DNA of 64,000 nucleotides from Pirellulales bacterium. Lineage in GTDB: Bacteria > Planctomycetota > Planctomycetia > Pirellulales > JAEUIK01. Location: NCBI GenBank assembly GCA_019745975.1, contig JAIESQ010000030.1, positions 2,513 to 66,512 of the forward strand, read 5' to 3'. Shown here one piece after another: positions 37,201 to 46,155 of the stretch (position 1 is the stretch's first letter; each line of letters opens with the position of its first letter). The notes under the pieces are model-generated. The model saw only the letters and a program-made list of their open reading frames with translations. It was not told the DNA's origin and did no database searches. Both the position numbers and the translations under genes were made by a program.

Positions 37201-37302
37201 CCGGCCGAGGTTGTGTCCGCCGAGCGCGCCAGCCTGGCCGAACTCGAGGCCCGGCTCGCTTCACTTCAAGAGGCGCTAGCAGCCCTGCGGCGGCAACAGT
37301 AA
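34231..37302 (+). CDS. valS: Valine--tRNA ligase
   Basis: PPPNVTGALHLGH, PGTDHAGIATQ, ATTRPETMLGD, SRQLWWGH, TMSKSKGN, C-terminal coiled coil. Confidence 0.96.
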   Translation: MSSPTTAEELPKQYDHRAAQSRWYRFWEDRGYFHSEPEAGRKRFSIVIPPPNVTGALHLGHALNNVPQDIIVRFKRMQGFNTLWMPGTDHAGIATQAVVERRLLSEEKKSRHDLGREELVRRIWQWKDEYEARILGQLKQMGCSCDWQRTRFTLDEQCARAVRHTFFDFFRKRLIYRGKRLVNWDTYLQTAVSDDEVFHETVKGHFWHLKYPVIDPRPGEPEFVTIATTRPETMLGDTAVAVHPDPAAALDAAEQALREKLTAAAAKERPEIEVALENLAARRRTHLPELLKLRDMARAGRQLELPLLKRPIPLVADEWAKPELGSGAVKITPGHDPNDYEVGLRQKLPMINILNADGTLNESAGPYQGLSINEARRRVVADLEAAGLLGEIEDREIELAHSDRSKTPIEPRLADQWFVRMQQLAQTAMDAVTDERVKIFPARYAKSYLDWLGEKRDWPVSRQLWWGHQIPVWYAPAEVKEEELERGFGGRDDIAWERDAETNRWLICARDENLPANALAPHELVREEDVLDTWFSSALWPHSTLGWPDDTPELRYYYPTDLLITSRDIITLWVARMVLTGLSNVGDVPFRHVYIHPKILDRYGDTMSKSKGNGVDPLDVIDKFGADALRFGIAYLATETQDIRMPVEFECPHCQKLVEQTRENRLHARIKCPACGQAFGTQWAEKDADRQLPRGAVVSERFEFGRNFSNKLWNASRFAIMNLAGYEPGTVTDDELALEDRWVLSRLATVTAGVTTALEEYKFAEAARQLYDFAWDEFCSFYLEMIKGRLQDEAQRLAAQRVLAHALDNLLRLLHPFIPFVTEEVWQRLAAVAPARGIAALEEPAESIMIAAWPTPDGARRDAAVESRFARFQELLKGLRDVRSRQSVPPKTIVKFAVRCDAETARELSSLAPYFASQAGAEATGWGADAVVPATHAKFLVAGCEVFVDLAGLIDVPAEIAKNEREVEKVTGFIAAKQKKLANASFVERAPAEVVSAERASLAELEARLASLQEALAALRRQQ

Positions 37303-37511
37303 CTCCTGAAGGCAATTCGACCTCGCGTTCTCCCGACCGCACCGGTTTAAGCGGTCATGCGGGGAGAAATCCGCTGCGACTGGGCAAATGTTGGGTTGTC
37401 CCCTTCCGCAGAATTATTAAACTTGATTAAGAAACCGCCCGATACCTAGTCCGACTCTGATCGCGACTGGTCCAGTCGGGGCCGGCACCCTACTCTCGGG
37501 ACATTTCATCG

Positions 37512-37868
37512 ATGCAACCGGCACCCGCCAACACGGCCGATCGCTTCGCCGGCGGATTCCGGATGTTGCTGGTGGTGTTGCTGTTGCTGGGGGTTCCCGG
37601 CATTGGACAGTCGATTTCGACGCGTACGCGCGTCGCCGAAGAAGAGGAGCAAAACGAGCGCGATTGCTCGGAGTCTTTTGCCTGTGCCACGGCCGACGGA
37701 TTGCGACTGCGCGGCCGCACGGTCGCCGCTGACAAGCGATCGGCACGAGCCTGCTGGTGGCTGGCGACTGGGCAGGTTCATACTGCCAGCGTGGTAGATT
37801 TCCCCGCCGGTTCGCTGCAGTTGGCGGCCGGCGCACTCAATGGCTGCGGCGCTTTCTTGCGCTGCTAG
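37512..37868 (+). CDS. Small hypothetical protein with N-terminal TM segment, ending LNGCGAFLRC
   Basis: 118-aa ORF upstream of the carbonic anhydrase-SulP pair. Confidence 0.5.
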   Translation: MQPAPANTADRFAGGFRMLLVVLLLLGVPGIGQSISTRTRVAEEEEQNERDCSESFACATADGLRLRGRTVAADKRSARACWWLATGQVHTASVVDFPAGSLQLAAGALNGCGAFLRC

Positions 37869-38039
37869 CGCGCCGCGATTCTGAACGGCCGGCCGCGCTG
37901 GACATCGATCGACCAACGTGTCTCAGCGCCGATCGTTGCTGCTGCGTCGACCGCGGCAATCACACGACGGGCTCAGTCAGCACTCGACGCGGCTTGATGG
38001 ATGAAGGGGAATTCCACACCAACATTTTAGTGTGTAATC

Positions 38040-38717
38040 ATGCAACAACTCGTCGCAGGCATCCACCACTTCCAACAGCACGTGCAGCCCGGGCAGCGCG
38101 AGCTGTTCGCCAACCTGGCACGCGGCCAAAACCCGCTGGCGCTATTTGTCACTTGCTCCGACTCGCGGATTGTGCCCAACCTGATCACGAATACCGAGCC
38201 GGGCGATTTGTTCTTGCTGCGGAACGTCGGCAATCTCGTGCCGGCTTATCACCCGCTGCACGCGGACACGAGCTCGGCGGCGGCGGTGGAATTCGCGGTC
38301 GCCGTCCTAAAGGTGCCGGCGATTGTCGTCTGCGGGCACAGCAATTGCGGTGCGATTCAGGCCTTGCTGCATCCCGAGAAGCTCGACGGCTTTCCCAGCG
38401 TGTCGGGCTGGCTCAAGAACGCCGAGGCGACGCGTCGCGTCGTACAGGAGAAGTACGGGCACCTCAGCGACGAACAGCGCGTGAACGTGGCCGTGCAAGA
38501 GAACGTGCTTGCGCAACTCGAGAACCTTCGCACGCATCCGGCCGTGGCCGCGGCACTGGCGCGCGATCGCCTGGCCTTGTACGGCTGGGTCTATAAGTTC
38601 GAGACTTGCGAGGTCTTCACGTACAACCCGAATGTCGAGCAGTTCGTGGCGGTCAATGGCGATGAAGCACCTTCGCTGGCCACGCGGTACGGCGCCCGAG
38701 CGATCCAGTCGATTTAA
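38040..38717 (+). CDS. Beta-class carbonic anhydrase
   Basis: TCSDSR, RNVGN and GHSNCGA zinc motifs. Confidence 0.93.
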   Translation: MQQLVAGIHHFQQHVQPGQRELFANLARGQNPLALFVTCSDSRIVPNLITNTEPGDLFLLRNVGNLVPAYHPLHADTSSAAAVEFAVAVLKVPAIVVCGHSNCGAIQALLHPEKLDGFPSVSGWLKNAEATRRVVQEKYGHLSDEQRVNVAVQENVLAQLENLRTHPAVAAALARDRLALYGWVYKFETCEVFTYNPNVEQFVAVNGDEAPSLATRYGARAIQSI

Positions 38718-38728
38718 GGAGACCGCGC

Positions 38729-40726
38729 GTGGCCTCACATGTTCAACCTAGCGCAAGTTTATCGGCATCTGGAAAGCACGAGACCGGGCTGAGTCGCTTG
38801 CGGCGCGATTTCTCGGCTTCGATCGTGGTGTTTCTGGTGGCGTTACCACTGTGCATGGGTCTGGCGTTGGCCGCCGGCGTGCCGGTTGGGTCGGGCCTGA
38901 TCACTGGCATCATCGGCGGTCTGATCGTTGGTTCGCTGACGGGCTCGCCTCTCCAGGTGAGTGGCCCCGGCAACGGCGTGATCGTGGTCGTCTACGATCT
39001 CGTCCAGCAGCACGGTTTGCCGATGTTGGGCATCGTCGTCCTGGGGGCCGGCGTGCTGCAATTGCTGGCGGGAACTCTGCGGTTGGGGCAGTGGTTTCGG
39101 GCAGTTTCGCCCGCGGTGATTCAGGGCATGCTGGCGGGCATCGGCATTCTGATCGCGGCCAGTCAGTTTCACGTCATGGTCGACGACAAACCGCAAGGCA
39201 ATGGATTACAAAACCTCGTCACCTTGCCGCGTGCCATTCAGAACGGCCTGCCGTGGCCGACGCTGGGCAATCGCGGCGACCGCGACCGCAAGTTGTTTTT
39301 GCTGCAACAAGCCGGCGCGCTGCACGAGCATCAAGCCGAGTTGCAAGAACTGGTGGCGGAGCACATCGCCCGCGACTCCAAGTCGGCCGAAACGACCGCG
39401 CTCGATTCGGCCACGCTCGATTCCTGGATCGAACGACAAAGCCACATCACATCGCAGCTCGGCGAGCTGCTGGCGATGGCCGAGCGCGACCGCGAGGCCG
39501 ATCCGCGCAAGCGCGGCGAACTGCCCGCGGTCGCCTCGCAAGCCTACCGCGCGGCGCAAGATGCGCTCGATGAGTTGGACAGCAAGCAAATCGCCAAGCT
39601 GAACGACTCGCAGGCGGCGGCGGTCGCCGCGCTAGCCGAACTGTTGGCACAGCTCAAGAACCACGATTGGGCGGCGAAGGTCGGGCTGTTAACGATCGCC
39701 ATCATCGTCCTGTGGCGCGGGGCGCTGCCGAACTTCTCCAAAGTGATTCCACCACCCCTCGTGGCCATCCTGGTGGCAACATTGATCGCCGGAATCTTGA
39801 AGCTTCCGGTGCTGTATGTCGAAGTGCCCGACCGGCTCGCCGACGCGGTGCACGTAACGTCGTGGTCGGTCTTGGCCGAAGCGCCCGTGATGGATTTGCT
39901 GCCGTTCGTGTTTGTCATCGCCCTGGTCACCAGCGCCGAAACCTTGTTGTGCGCGACGGCCGTTGACCGGCTGCACAATGGACCCCGCACGCGCTACGAT
40001 CGCGAACTGGCCGCGCAAGGCTTCGGCAATGTACTGTGCGGACTGCTCGGCGCGCTGCCGATGACTGGCGTCATCATTCGCAGTGCCGTCAACGTCAGTG
40101 CCGGGGCACGCACCCGACTGTCAACCATGCTGCATGGGCTCTGGATCTTGCTGTTCGTGTCGGTGCTGGGTTTCTTGCTGCGCTTCGTGCCGACCTCCGC
40201 GCTGGCCGCGATTCTCGTTTATACCGGCTACAAGCTCATCGATTTCAAGGCGCTGCGCGAGCTGTGGGCGTATGGCAAAGGCGAAGTGCTCGTTTATAGC
40301 GCGACATTGGTCCTCGTTGTCTCGCGCGACTTGCTCACCGGCGTGTGCGTCGGCGTGGTGCTGTCGGCGGCCAAGCTGCTTTACGACTTCTCGCGTTTGA
40401 CGGTGCGCGTCGAGCGGGCCCGGCAGGGCAAGGTGTGGACGGTGCGGTTGGCCGGGGCCGCCACGTTCTTGCAGTTGCCCAAGCTCGCCGAGGCGCTCGA
40501 CAGCGTGCCGGCCGACGTCGAGGCACGCGTCGTCTGCGAGCGCTTGCGGTACATCGACCACGCTTGCCTTGAAGTGCTGACCGACTGGACTAAGCGCCGC
40601 AGCGCGCACGGTGCGAATGCCAAGGTCGATTGGGAGTACCTGCAGCAGAGGGCGCGGGACGGTTCGCCCGCCAAGCCGGCGGCCGAAGCGCGCGAGCAAG
40701 TGCTCGTCGAGTCTTCGCACTTCTAA
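38729..40726 (+). CDS. SulP/SLC26 anion (probably bicarbonate) transporter with STAS-like C-terminus
   Basis: ASIVVFLVALPLCMGLA, GSPLQVSGP, PMTGVIIRS; AAGGAG RBS; adjacent to beta-CA. Confidence 0.9.
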   Translation: MASHVQPSASLSASGKHETGLSRLRRDFSASIVVFLVALPLCMGLALAAGVPVGSGLITGIIGGLIVGSLTGSPLQVSGPGNGVIVVVYDLVQQHGLPMLGIVVLGAGVLQLLAGTLRLGQWFRAVSPAVIQGMLAGIGILIAASQFHVMVDDKPQGNGLQNLVTLPRAIQNGLPWPTLGNRGDRDRKLFLLQQAGALHEHQAELQELVAEHIARDSKSAETTALDSATLDSWIERQSHITSQLGELLAMAERDREADPRKRGELPAVASQAYRAAQDALDELDSKQIAKLNDSQAAAVAALAELLAQLKNHDWAAKVGLLTIAIIVLWRGALPNFSKVIPPPLVAILVATLIAGILKLPVLYVEVPDRLADAVHVTSWSVLAEAPVMDLLPFVFVIALVTSAETLLCATAVDRLHNGPRTRYDRELAAQGFGNVLCGLLGALPMTGVIIRSAVNVSAGARTRLSTMLHGLWILLFVSVLGFLLRFVPTSALAAILVYTGYKLIDFKALRELWAYGKGEVLVYSATLVLVVSRDLLTGVCVGVVLSAAKLLYDFSRLTVRVERARQGKVWTVRLAGAATFLQLPKLAEALDSVPADVEARVVCERLRYIDHACLEVLTDWTKRRSAHGANAKVDWEYLQQRARDGSPAKPAAEAREQVLVESSHF

Positions 40727-40744
40727 GCCGGCTTAGCGCGGGCT

Positions 40745-41524
40745 TCAGTATGGAAATCGCTCGTCGAGCTCGGCGGCGGCCAATTCAACAAGAAACGGTG
40801 CCAACCGCTGGACGAGCACTTCCATCGCGCGATGCCCTTTGTCGGCGCTGGCCTGGTGCGGGTTGCCAGCTCCCGTGTTGGTCGTCAGCAGATGCCAGGG
40901 GCGCGTGATCGAAACCCAACCTGCATTGATGGCGGCGAATCGCGTTTCGGCAGTTTGTCCCTGGTCGGCGGCCAAGGTTCCATCGGCCCGGCGCGCGACC
41001 AGATGTGGAAAATACGCCAGCGCCAGCGACGTCTCCATCTCGCCCGCATGGTCGTCAGGCGCCGCGAAGATCTCGCGATAGACGTCTTTGAGCACCTGAT
41101 ACCAGTTGCAGAGAAAGAGCTTGGCCGGCGAGCGGCCATAGAGTTCGCGCAGCACCGGTTTGAGATCGTTTCCGCCATGGCTGTTCAGCAGCACGATCTT
41201 CACGATGCCGTGCCCCACGAGCGATTCGACCAGGTCTTCGATCACCCGGGCCAGTGTCGACGGGTTGAGGTTCAGCGACAGCGGACAGGCCATTTGATTC
41301 GTCTCGGTGCCGTAGGGAATCGTCGGCAAGAGCACAACCTTGGCGCCGCGCTGCCAGGCGGCTTCGCACAGCCGGGCGCCGATCACGTCCCCTTCCAGCG
41401 TGTCTGTGGAGTAGGGAAGGTGCAGGTTGTGCGGTTCCGTCGCCCCCAGCGGCAGTACGGCAACCTGATAGGGTTGCGCCCGCACGTCGGCATACGTGGC
41501 GTCGGCAAGCTTCCAAGGAGGCAT
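40745..41524 (-). CDS. Creatininase/creatinine amidohydrolase family protein
   Basis: PLGATEPHNLHLPYSTD, NSHGGN, HAGEMETS motifs. Confidence 0.88.
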   Translation of the reverse strand: MPPWKLADATYADVRAQPYQVAVLPLGATEPHNLHLPYSTDTLEGDVIGARLCEAAWQRGAKVVLLPTIPYGTETNQMACPLSLNLNPSTLARVIEDLVESLVGHGIVKIVLLNSHGGNDLKPVLRELYGRSPAKLFLCNWYQVLKDVYREIFAAPDDHAGEMETSLALAYFPHLVARRADGTLAADQGQTAETRFAAINAGWVSITRPWHLLTTNTGAGNPHQASADKGHRAMEVLVQRLAPFLVELAAAELDERFPY

Positions 41525-41587
41525 ATCGGCAGGCTTCAGGTTTCAGGCTTGAGATTTAAGACGATGCGAATCATGAAACTCTGGGTC

Positions 41588-43144
41588 TCATTGCGCCGCG
41601 GCGGCGGCCTGCGGTGCGGCTGCGGCCGCATCACTGGGCAGCTTCTTCAAGAACGCGCGATAGTCGTCGTCGAGATCGGAGTACGATTCGCCGACCAGTT
41701 CGGCCAATGTCGAAATGCGGTCCTCGCCGGCGTAGATCGACGACAGGTACTCGATGAGCGCGTCACGGTAGCGCCCATCGTGAGCGTGCATGAGAAAGTG
41801 CGACAGGCCCGCCGATTGGCTATAGAGCATGGCGATCCGCGGATCGCGCTGCAGCGCGTCGATCCCCAGCGTGACCAACTCGCCCAGGGGAACATAAAAA
41901 CCATCGACGAGCGCGCGATGCCGAGCCGCTTCTAACCGCGGGCTGCGCGTGCCGCCGAGCGTGTCGAACGTGTCGTGCAGCTCAAACGACTCCATATAGC
42001 AGGCGATCCCTTCGAGCACCCAGAAGTTCGCGCGGCGGCCGGCTGTCTCCGCCAGGGGGCGAGTCTCGGCAAACAGTTGATGCGTCGCCTCGTGATAGAG
42101 CGAGGTGTGATCGGGCCGCCCTTCGTCGTCCGTGTCGGGAAAGAAATATGCCGTGCGTGTGTCGCTCAGGTACAAGCCAGTCGTTTCGATATCGACCGGC
42201 AGCCGGCTGCCGACGGCCGCCTGGTACTCGTCACGATCGCGAAAGTAAATGGCCTGGTGGCGCACGGTCGAGCCGCGCGGCTGGCCGCGCCCTTCGAACA
42301 TCCGCACGAGCTGATCGGGCGAAGCCCCGAACGTGGCAAACGCCTGTTGCCAGGCGCGGTAGAGCCGCTCGAGTCGCTGGCCGAGATTGACGCCGGCTTC
42401 CAAACTCACGTTCGTCGTCACAGTGTAGTGCTCGGTCTCGACCCGCCAGCCGTTGCGAATGTTGCTGCGCGCGCGCGCTTCATCCTCGGCCGTGATCCAG
42501 CGGCCGCCGTAATACCGCTCACCTGCCTCGTAGCGTGGTACGCTCGCCTGCGGCAACCAGCCAAAGCGATCGTGCCACACATAACCGGCGCGCAACCGCT
42601 TGATCTCGAAGGGCGTGTGCCAGGCCCCGCGGAATCGCGTATAGCCCAGCAACCGCCGGGCCTCTTCGTGATCGGTGTTGGCGCGCAGTGCCTCGAGCGC
42701 GAGCTCGTACGCCAGCGACGGCCGCTGCCCGCGAATCGACTGCCGTGCCAGTTGAAACAGCGCGTCGGCCTGCGCCACGCGCAACGCGCTAAAGCGCTTG
42801 CGCCAGTCATCCGCGCGTTTGTTCTCGCTACCGGAGAGCGCCTGTTGCCCGGTGTCGTCGAGCACGACTACGTAAAGCGTCCACGGCTGCCGCTCGATGA
42901 CGGCCGCGCGTGTGGCGGCCGCCTCCGGCTTCAGATCCCGTGCGTCGCACCAGGCAGCCAGCTCTGCGAGCTGCTGGCTGTAGCTTGCTTCAAGCTGAGC
43001 GCGCGCCTTGGCCAGTGGGTCGGTTTCGGCCGCGGCAACCGTTTGCCGCAAGAGCAGCACCGACGCGCACCACGCCGCGACCAGGCCGAGCAGCGCCACG
43101 GTCGATCGACGATGCTCGAGGCGGCGAGGACGATTCAGCTCCAT
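41588..43144 (-). CDS. Exported DUF1570-like / zincin-like protein
   Basis: Signal/TM segment; HEATHQL (HExxH) and WVLEGIACYME. Confidence 0.6.
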   Translation of the reverse strand: MELNRPRRLEHRRSTVALLGLVAAWCASVLLLRQTVAAAETDPLAKARAQLEASYSQQLAELAAWCDARDLKPEAAATRAAVIERQPWTLYVVVLDDTGQQALSGSENKRADDWRKRFSALRVAQADALFQLARQSIRGQRPSLAYELALEALRANTDHEEARRLLGYTRFRGAWHTPFEIKRLRAGYVWHDRFGWLPQASVPRYEAGERYYGGRWITAEDEARARSNIRNGWRVETEHYTVTTNVSLEAGVNLGQRLERLYRAWQQAFATFGASPDQLVRMFEGRGQPRGSTVRHQAIYFRDRDEYQAAVGSRLPVDIETTGLYLSDTRTAYFFPDTDDEGRPDHTSLYHEATHQLFAETRPLAETAGRRANFWVLEGIACYMESFELHDTFDTLGGTRSPRLEAARHRALVDGFYVPLGELVTLGIDALQRDPRIAMLYSQSAGLSHFLMHAHDGRYRDALIEYLSSIYAGEDRISTLAELVGESYSDLDDDYRAFLKKLPSDAAAAAPQAAAAAQ

Positions 43145-43226
43145 GAATCAACTCTACTGGCTGCCAAGCGATCGTGCTACTCACCGTGCATTCAAGGAAG
43201 GTGAACAGCAAAGTCAGAAATGCGAG

Positions 43227-43303
43227 GGGGACAGGTACATGGTTTCGGACGACGTGAGTTGGCGAAGAACGACCTTGGTGAGCCGAAAAATGTACCAGTC
43301 CCC
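43227..43303. repeat. GGGGAC...GTCCCC-type palindromic element
   Basis: GGGGACAGGTACATGGTTTCGG / CCGAAAAATGTACCAGTCCCC arms in the intergenic region. Confidence 0.7.
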
Positions 43304-43334
43304 GACTTTGCAGTCCTCATGCGGTCCGACGCGA

Positions 43335-44210
43335 CTACTGCCAGCGGAATCTCGCGCGGATCGGAAAATGATCGGATAACGGCCGCTGCGGATCCGGAAA
43401 CTCCAGCCGCTGCCAGGCGACCGGCGTCAGCGCATCGCCGTGATAAAAGATGTGATCGATCCGCGTCCCGCGCTGGTGCGTTGCTACGCGATCGTCGCGA
43501 CCGTCGTCGCTGGCCAGTTCCGAAGCCGTGTACGAGTCGCGCCAGCCCCCCGATGTCAGCCTGGCATAGTCGCCGCGCTTCTGGTCGGTGTTGAAGTCGC
43601 CCAGAAACAGCATCGGCGCGCCCTGCGCGGCGAACTTTTCGAACTGCCGGCTGCACAGCTCGGCCATCTTCAGTTGGCTGGGCATCGAGTTGTCGAAATG
43701 CGTGTTGAAGACCAGCAGTTCCTTGTCAGCGACCATGTCCTGCAGCCGTGCCCAGACCACCAGCCGCGGCAACGTATTGCCGAAACCGGTCGAGACCTTC
43801 TCGGGCGTCGGCGACAGCCACCAATGCCCGCGCTCCTTTTCCGTGAACCGCGCGCGCAAGTACATGAGCGCGGCGTCGGGGTATCCTTTGTCGGTCGGCG
43901 CGCGGCGATAAAACACCGCCTCGAACTCGGGCAATTGCTCGGTGAGCCACTTCATCTGTCCCGGCGAAGGTTCCTGCAGGCCGATGAGCTGCGCGCCGGA
44001 CTGCTTGAGGAGTTGCACGCACGAGTCGCGGCGCTCGACCCAGCGCGGAACTCCCGGTCCCGATCCGAAATCGACGAGGATATTAAACGACACGACTGTT
44101 AAGTCGGTCGCCGTCTCTTGAGAAGGAGGGCTCAGCGGCGGGGTTTGCGCCGCGGCGACCGCGGCAAATCCCAAAACACCGAAGCAAAGCACGCGGTGTG
44201 TGAATCGCAT
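43335..44210 (-). CDS. Exported endonuclease/exonuclease/phosphatase family protein
   Basis: VSFNI, IGLQE, NTHFD, LGDFN, IDHIF, SDHFP motifs; signal peptide. Confidence 0.9.
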   Translation of the reverse strand: MRFTHRVLCFGVLGFAAVAAAQTPPLSPPSQETATDLTVVSFNILVDFGSGPGVPRWVERRDSCVQLLKQSGAQLIGLQEPSPGQMKWLTEQLPEFEAVFYRRAPTDKGYPDAALMYLRARFTEKERGHWWLSPTPEKVSTGFGNTLPRLVVWARLQDMVADKELLVFNTHFDNSMPSQLKMAELCSRQFEKFAAQGAPMLFLGDFNTDQKRGDYARLTSGGWRDSYTASELASDDGRDDRVATHQRGTRIDHIFYHGDALTPVAWQRLEFPDPQRPLSDHFPIRARFRWQ

Positions 44211-44346
44211 GGATTATGGTGGGGTTGGAAGCTGACAGCCGACTGCCGATCGCCGGCGACTCGGTTGTGTCACCGTTAGTGGGCAATTATAAACCGGCCC
44301 ACGACCCCGTGACATCCGGCGGTCGGCGAATGCCCTTGGTAAGCAC

Positions 44347-46116
44347 ATGATGACCGGTACCGTGCCGCCGACATCAATTCGCCAGCGAGTTGTGCCCGCC
44401 GCGCAGTTGTTGCTTGTCGCGCTCGTGGCGGCGCCGCTCTTGTTCTGGAATTTGGCGGCGCGCTATCTGTGGCAGGACGAAGCGGCCACGGCCGTCCTCG
44501 GCCAGCGCCTGTTCGAATACGGGCGACCGTACAGCTACGACGGCCGCAACCTGATCACGATGGACTACCCGCCGCTCGACGAGGATGAAGCGCCACCGCC
44601 CAGCGACTCGGCGGCCAGCGCGATCGATTATTTTGTGCGACGCGGAGATTTTCGCGCCGATACCACCTGGATCGGTCAGCCGTGGGGGCAGATGGTGCTG
44701 GCGGGATTATCCACGACAGTTTTGGGTAAGTCGACGCTGGCGGCACGCTTACCGTTTGCACTCTGCGGGTTGCTTGTACCGATCGTATTGTGGGATGCCG
44801 TGCGGCGGCGGTTTCCCGACGTGGCGCTGCGCGCTGCCATGTTATTGCTGTTGTTGGGGAATGTCTTTTGGGTGTTGCACATGCGACAGTGTCGCTACTA
44901 CGCCCCGGCGAGTCTGCTGTTGCTGTGCACTTTTCTGGCCTACCTGCGCTGGAGCGAAGCTCGTCGCTGCGGGTCGCTCCTGTTCGTGGTCGCCGGCTTC
45001 AGTTTGTTTCAATGCGACTTCGGCACGTTCTGGCCGGTCGTCGGCGCACTGGCGCTCGATGGCGCGTGGACGTTTCGCGGCCGGCGGCGCGAATTGGCCC
45101 TGGGCCTGACGGTCTTGGCCTGCCTGGTCGCGCCCTGGGTGTGGTACTACCAGCTTTTTGGGCGACTCAAGCCGCGGTTGGCCGAGTTTTGGGCAAGCTT
45201 CATCGCCACGATCTATAACCTGAACGAGTACCAGTTTCCGCTCTTGGCGGTCGGCGTGCTCGTTCCGCTCATCGTCCACCGCCGCGCCAAAGGATTCGAC
45301 ACGCCGCGCCAGACGCGATTCATCCTGCTGGCCCTCGGCGTCGGCGTGGCGGTGATGATTTGGATGCCGCTGGTGACGCCGTTTCCGTTTTATCGCTATC
45401 TGGTGGCGATGACACCGCTGTCCTGCTTCATCCTGGGATATCTCTGCGCGGGAGTCGCCGATTTGATCTTCGGAGAACAGGCGTCACTCGACCTGCGCGT
45501 GGCCGCCGTGCTGCCGATTGCCGGCCTGCTCGTTTGCACGCGCGTCGTGCCGCTGCCGGTCGACATCCCTTTGCAGACGCTATTGCAATGGTCGCGCGAA
45601 GACGACGAGCCGCCCCAGAGCATTTCGCTCGCGCTGTTCCGCCCGGAGCTATTTGGCCTATACATCGATCTGGTGGATATCGGCAGCGATCCGAACCGCG
45701 ACCTCATCGAGTACCTGCGCCCGCGCCTGCGTCCTGGCGACGCGGTGCTGATCAACTACGAAGACATCCCGCTGATGTTCTACACCGACGCCGAGATTCG
45801 CGGGGGCATTCCGGCCTTTCGCGTCGAGGATCGCGCCGCGCCGCAACCGCGCTTCGCCATTCTGCGGCCGCAACTTACCAATCAGATGCAGCCGTTTTAT
45901 CGCGAATTGGAACGACACACGTGGAAAAGAGTGGCGGTCGAAATCCAGGCCTGGCCCTGGGGCAACATCCCGGACCCCTTGTACCATCGCGGACGCTATC
46001 TAGGGACCAACGTGTCGCACCTGGACATCTTCGAAGCGGCGTCGCCGAGCGCGGGAGGTCTCCCCTTCGTGCGACCCGCCGACGAACCGGACGACAAGGT
46101 TTCGTCGCCGCGCTGA
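44347..46116 (+). CDS. GT-C fold (ArnT/PMT-like) membrane glycosyltransferase
   Basis: LWQDEAATA, ARLPFAL, RQCRYY and many TM helices. Confidence 0.65.
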   Translation: MMTGTVPPTSIRQRVVPAAQLLLVALVAAPLLFWNLAARYLWQDEAATAVLGQRLFEYGRPYSYDGRNLITMDYPPLDEDEAPPPSDSAASAIDYFVRRGDFRADTTWIGQPWGQMVLAGLSTTVLGKSTLAARLPFALCGLLVPIVLWDAVRRRFPDVALRAAMLLLLLGNVFWVLHMRQCRYYAPASLLLLCTFLAYLRWSEARRCGSLLFVVAGFSLFQCDFGTFWPVVGALALDGAWTFRGRRRELALGLTVLACLVAPWVWYYQLFGRLKPRLAEFWASFIATIYNLNEYQFPLLAVGVLVPLIVHRRAKGFDTPRQTRFILLALGVGVAVMIWMPLVTPFPFYRYLVAMTPLSCFILGYLCAGVADLIFGEQASLDLRVAAVLPIAGLLVCTRVVPLPVDIPLQTLLQWSREDDEPPQSISLALFRPELFGLYIDLVDIGSDPNRDLIEYLRPRLRPGDAVLINYEDIPLMFYTDAEIRGGIPAFRVEDRAAPQPRFAILRPQLTNQMQPFYRELERHTWKRVAVEIQAWPWGNIPDPLYHRGRYLGTNVSHLDIFEAASPSAGGLPFVRPADEPDDKVSSPR

Positions 46117-46155
46117 AAGCGACAACCACGACGCCAGCGGTTCTCTGATAGGCTC

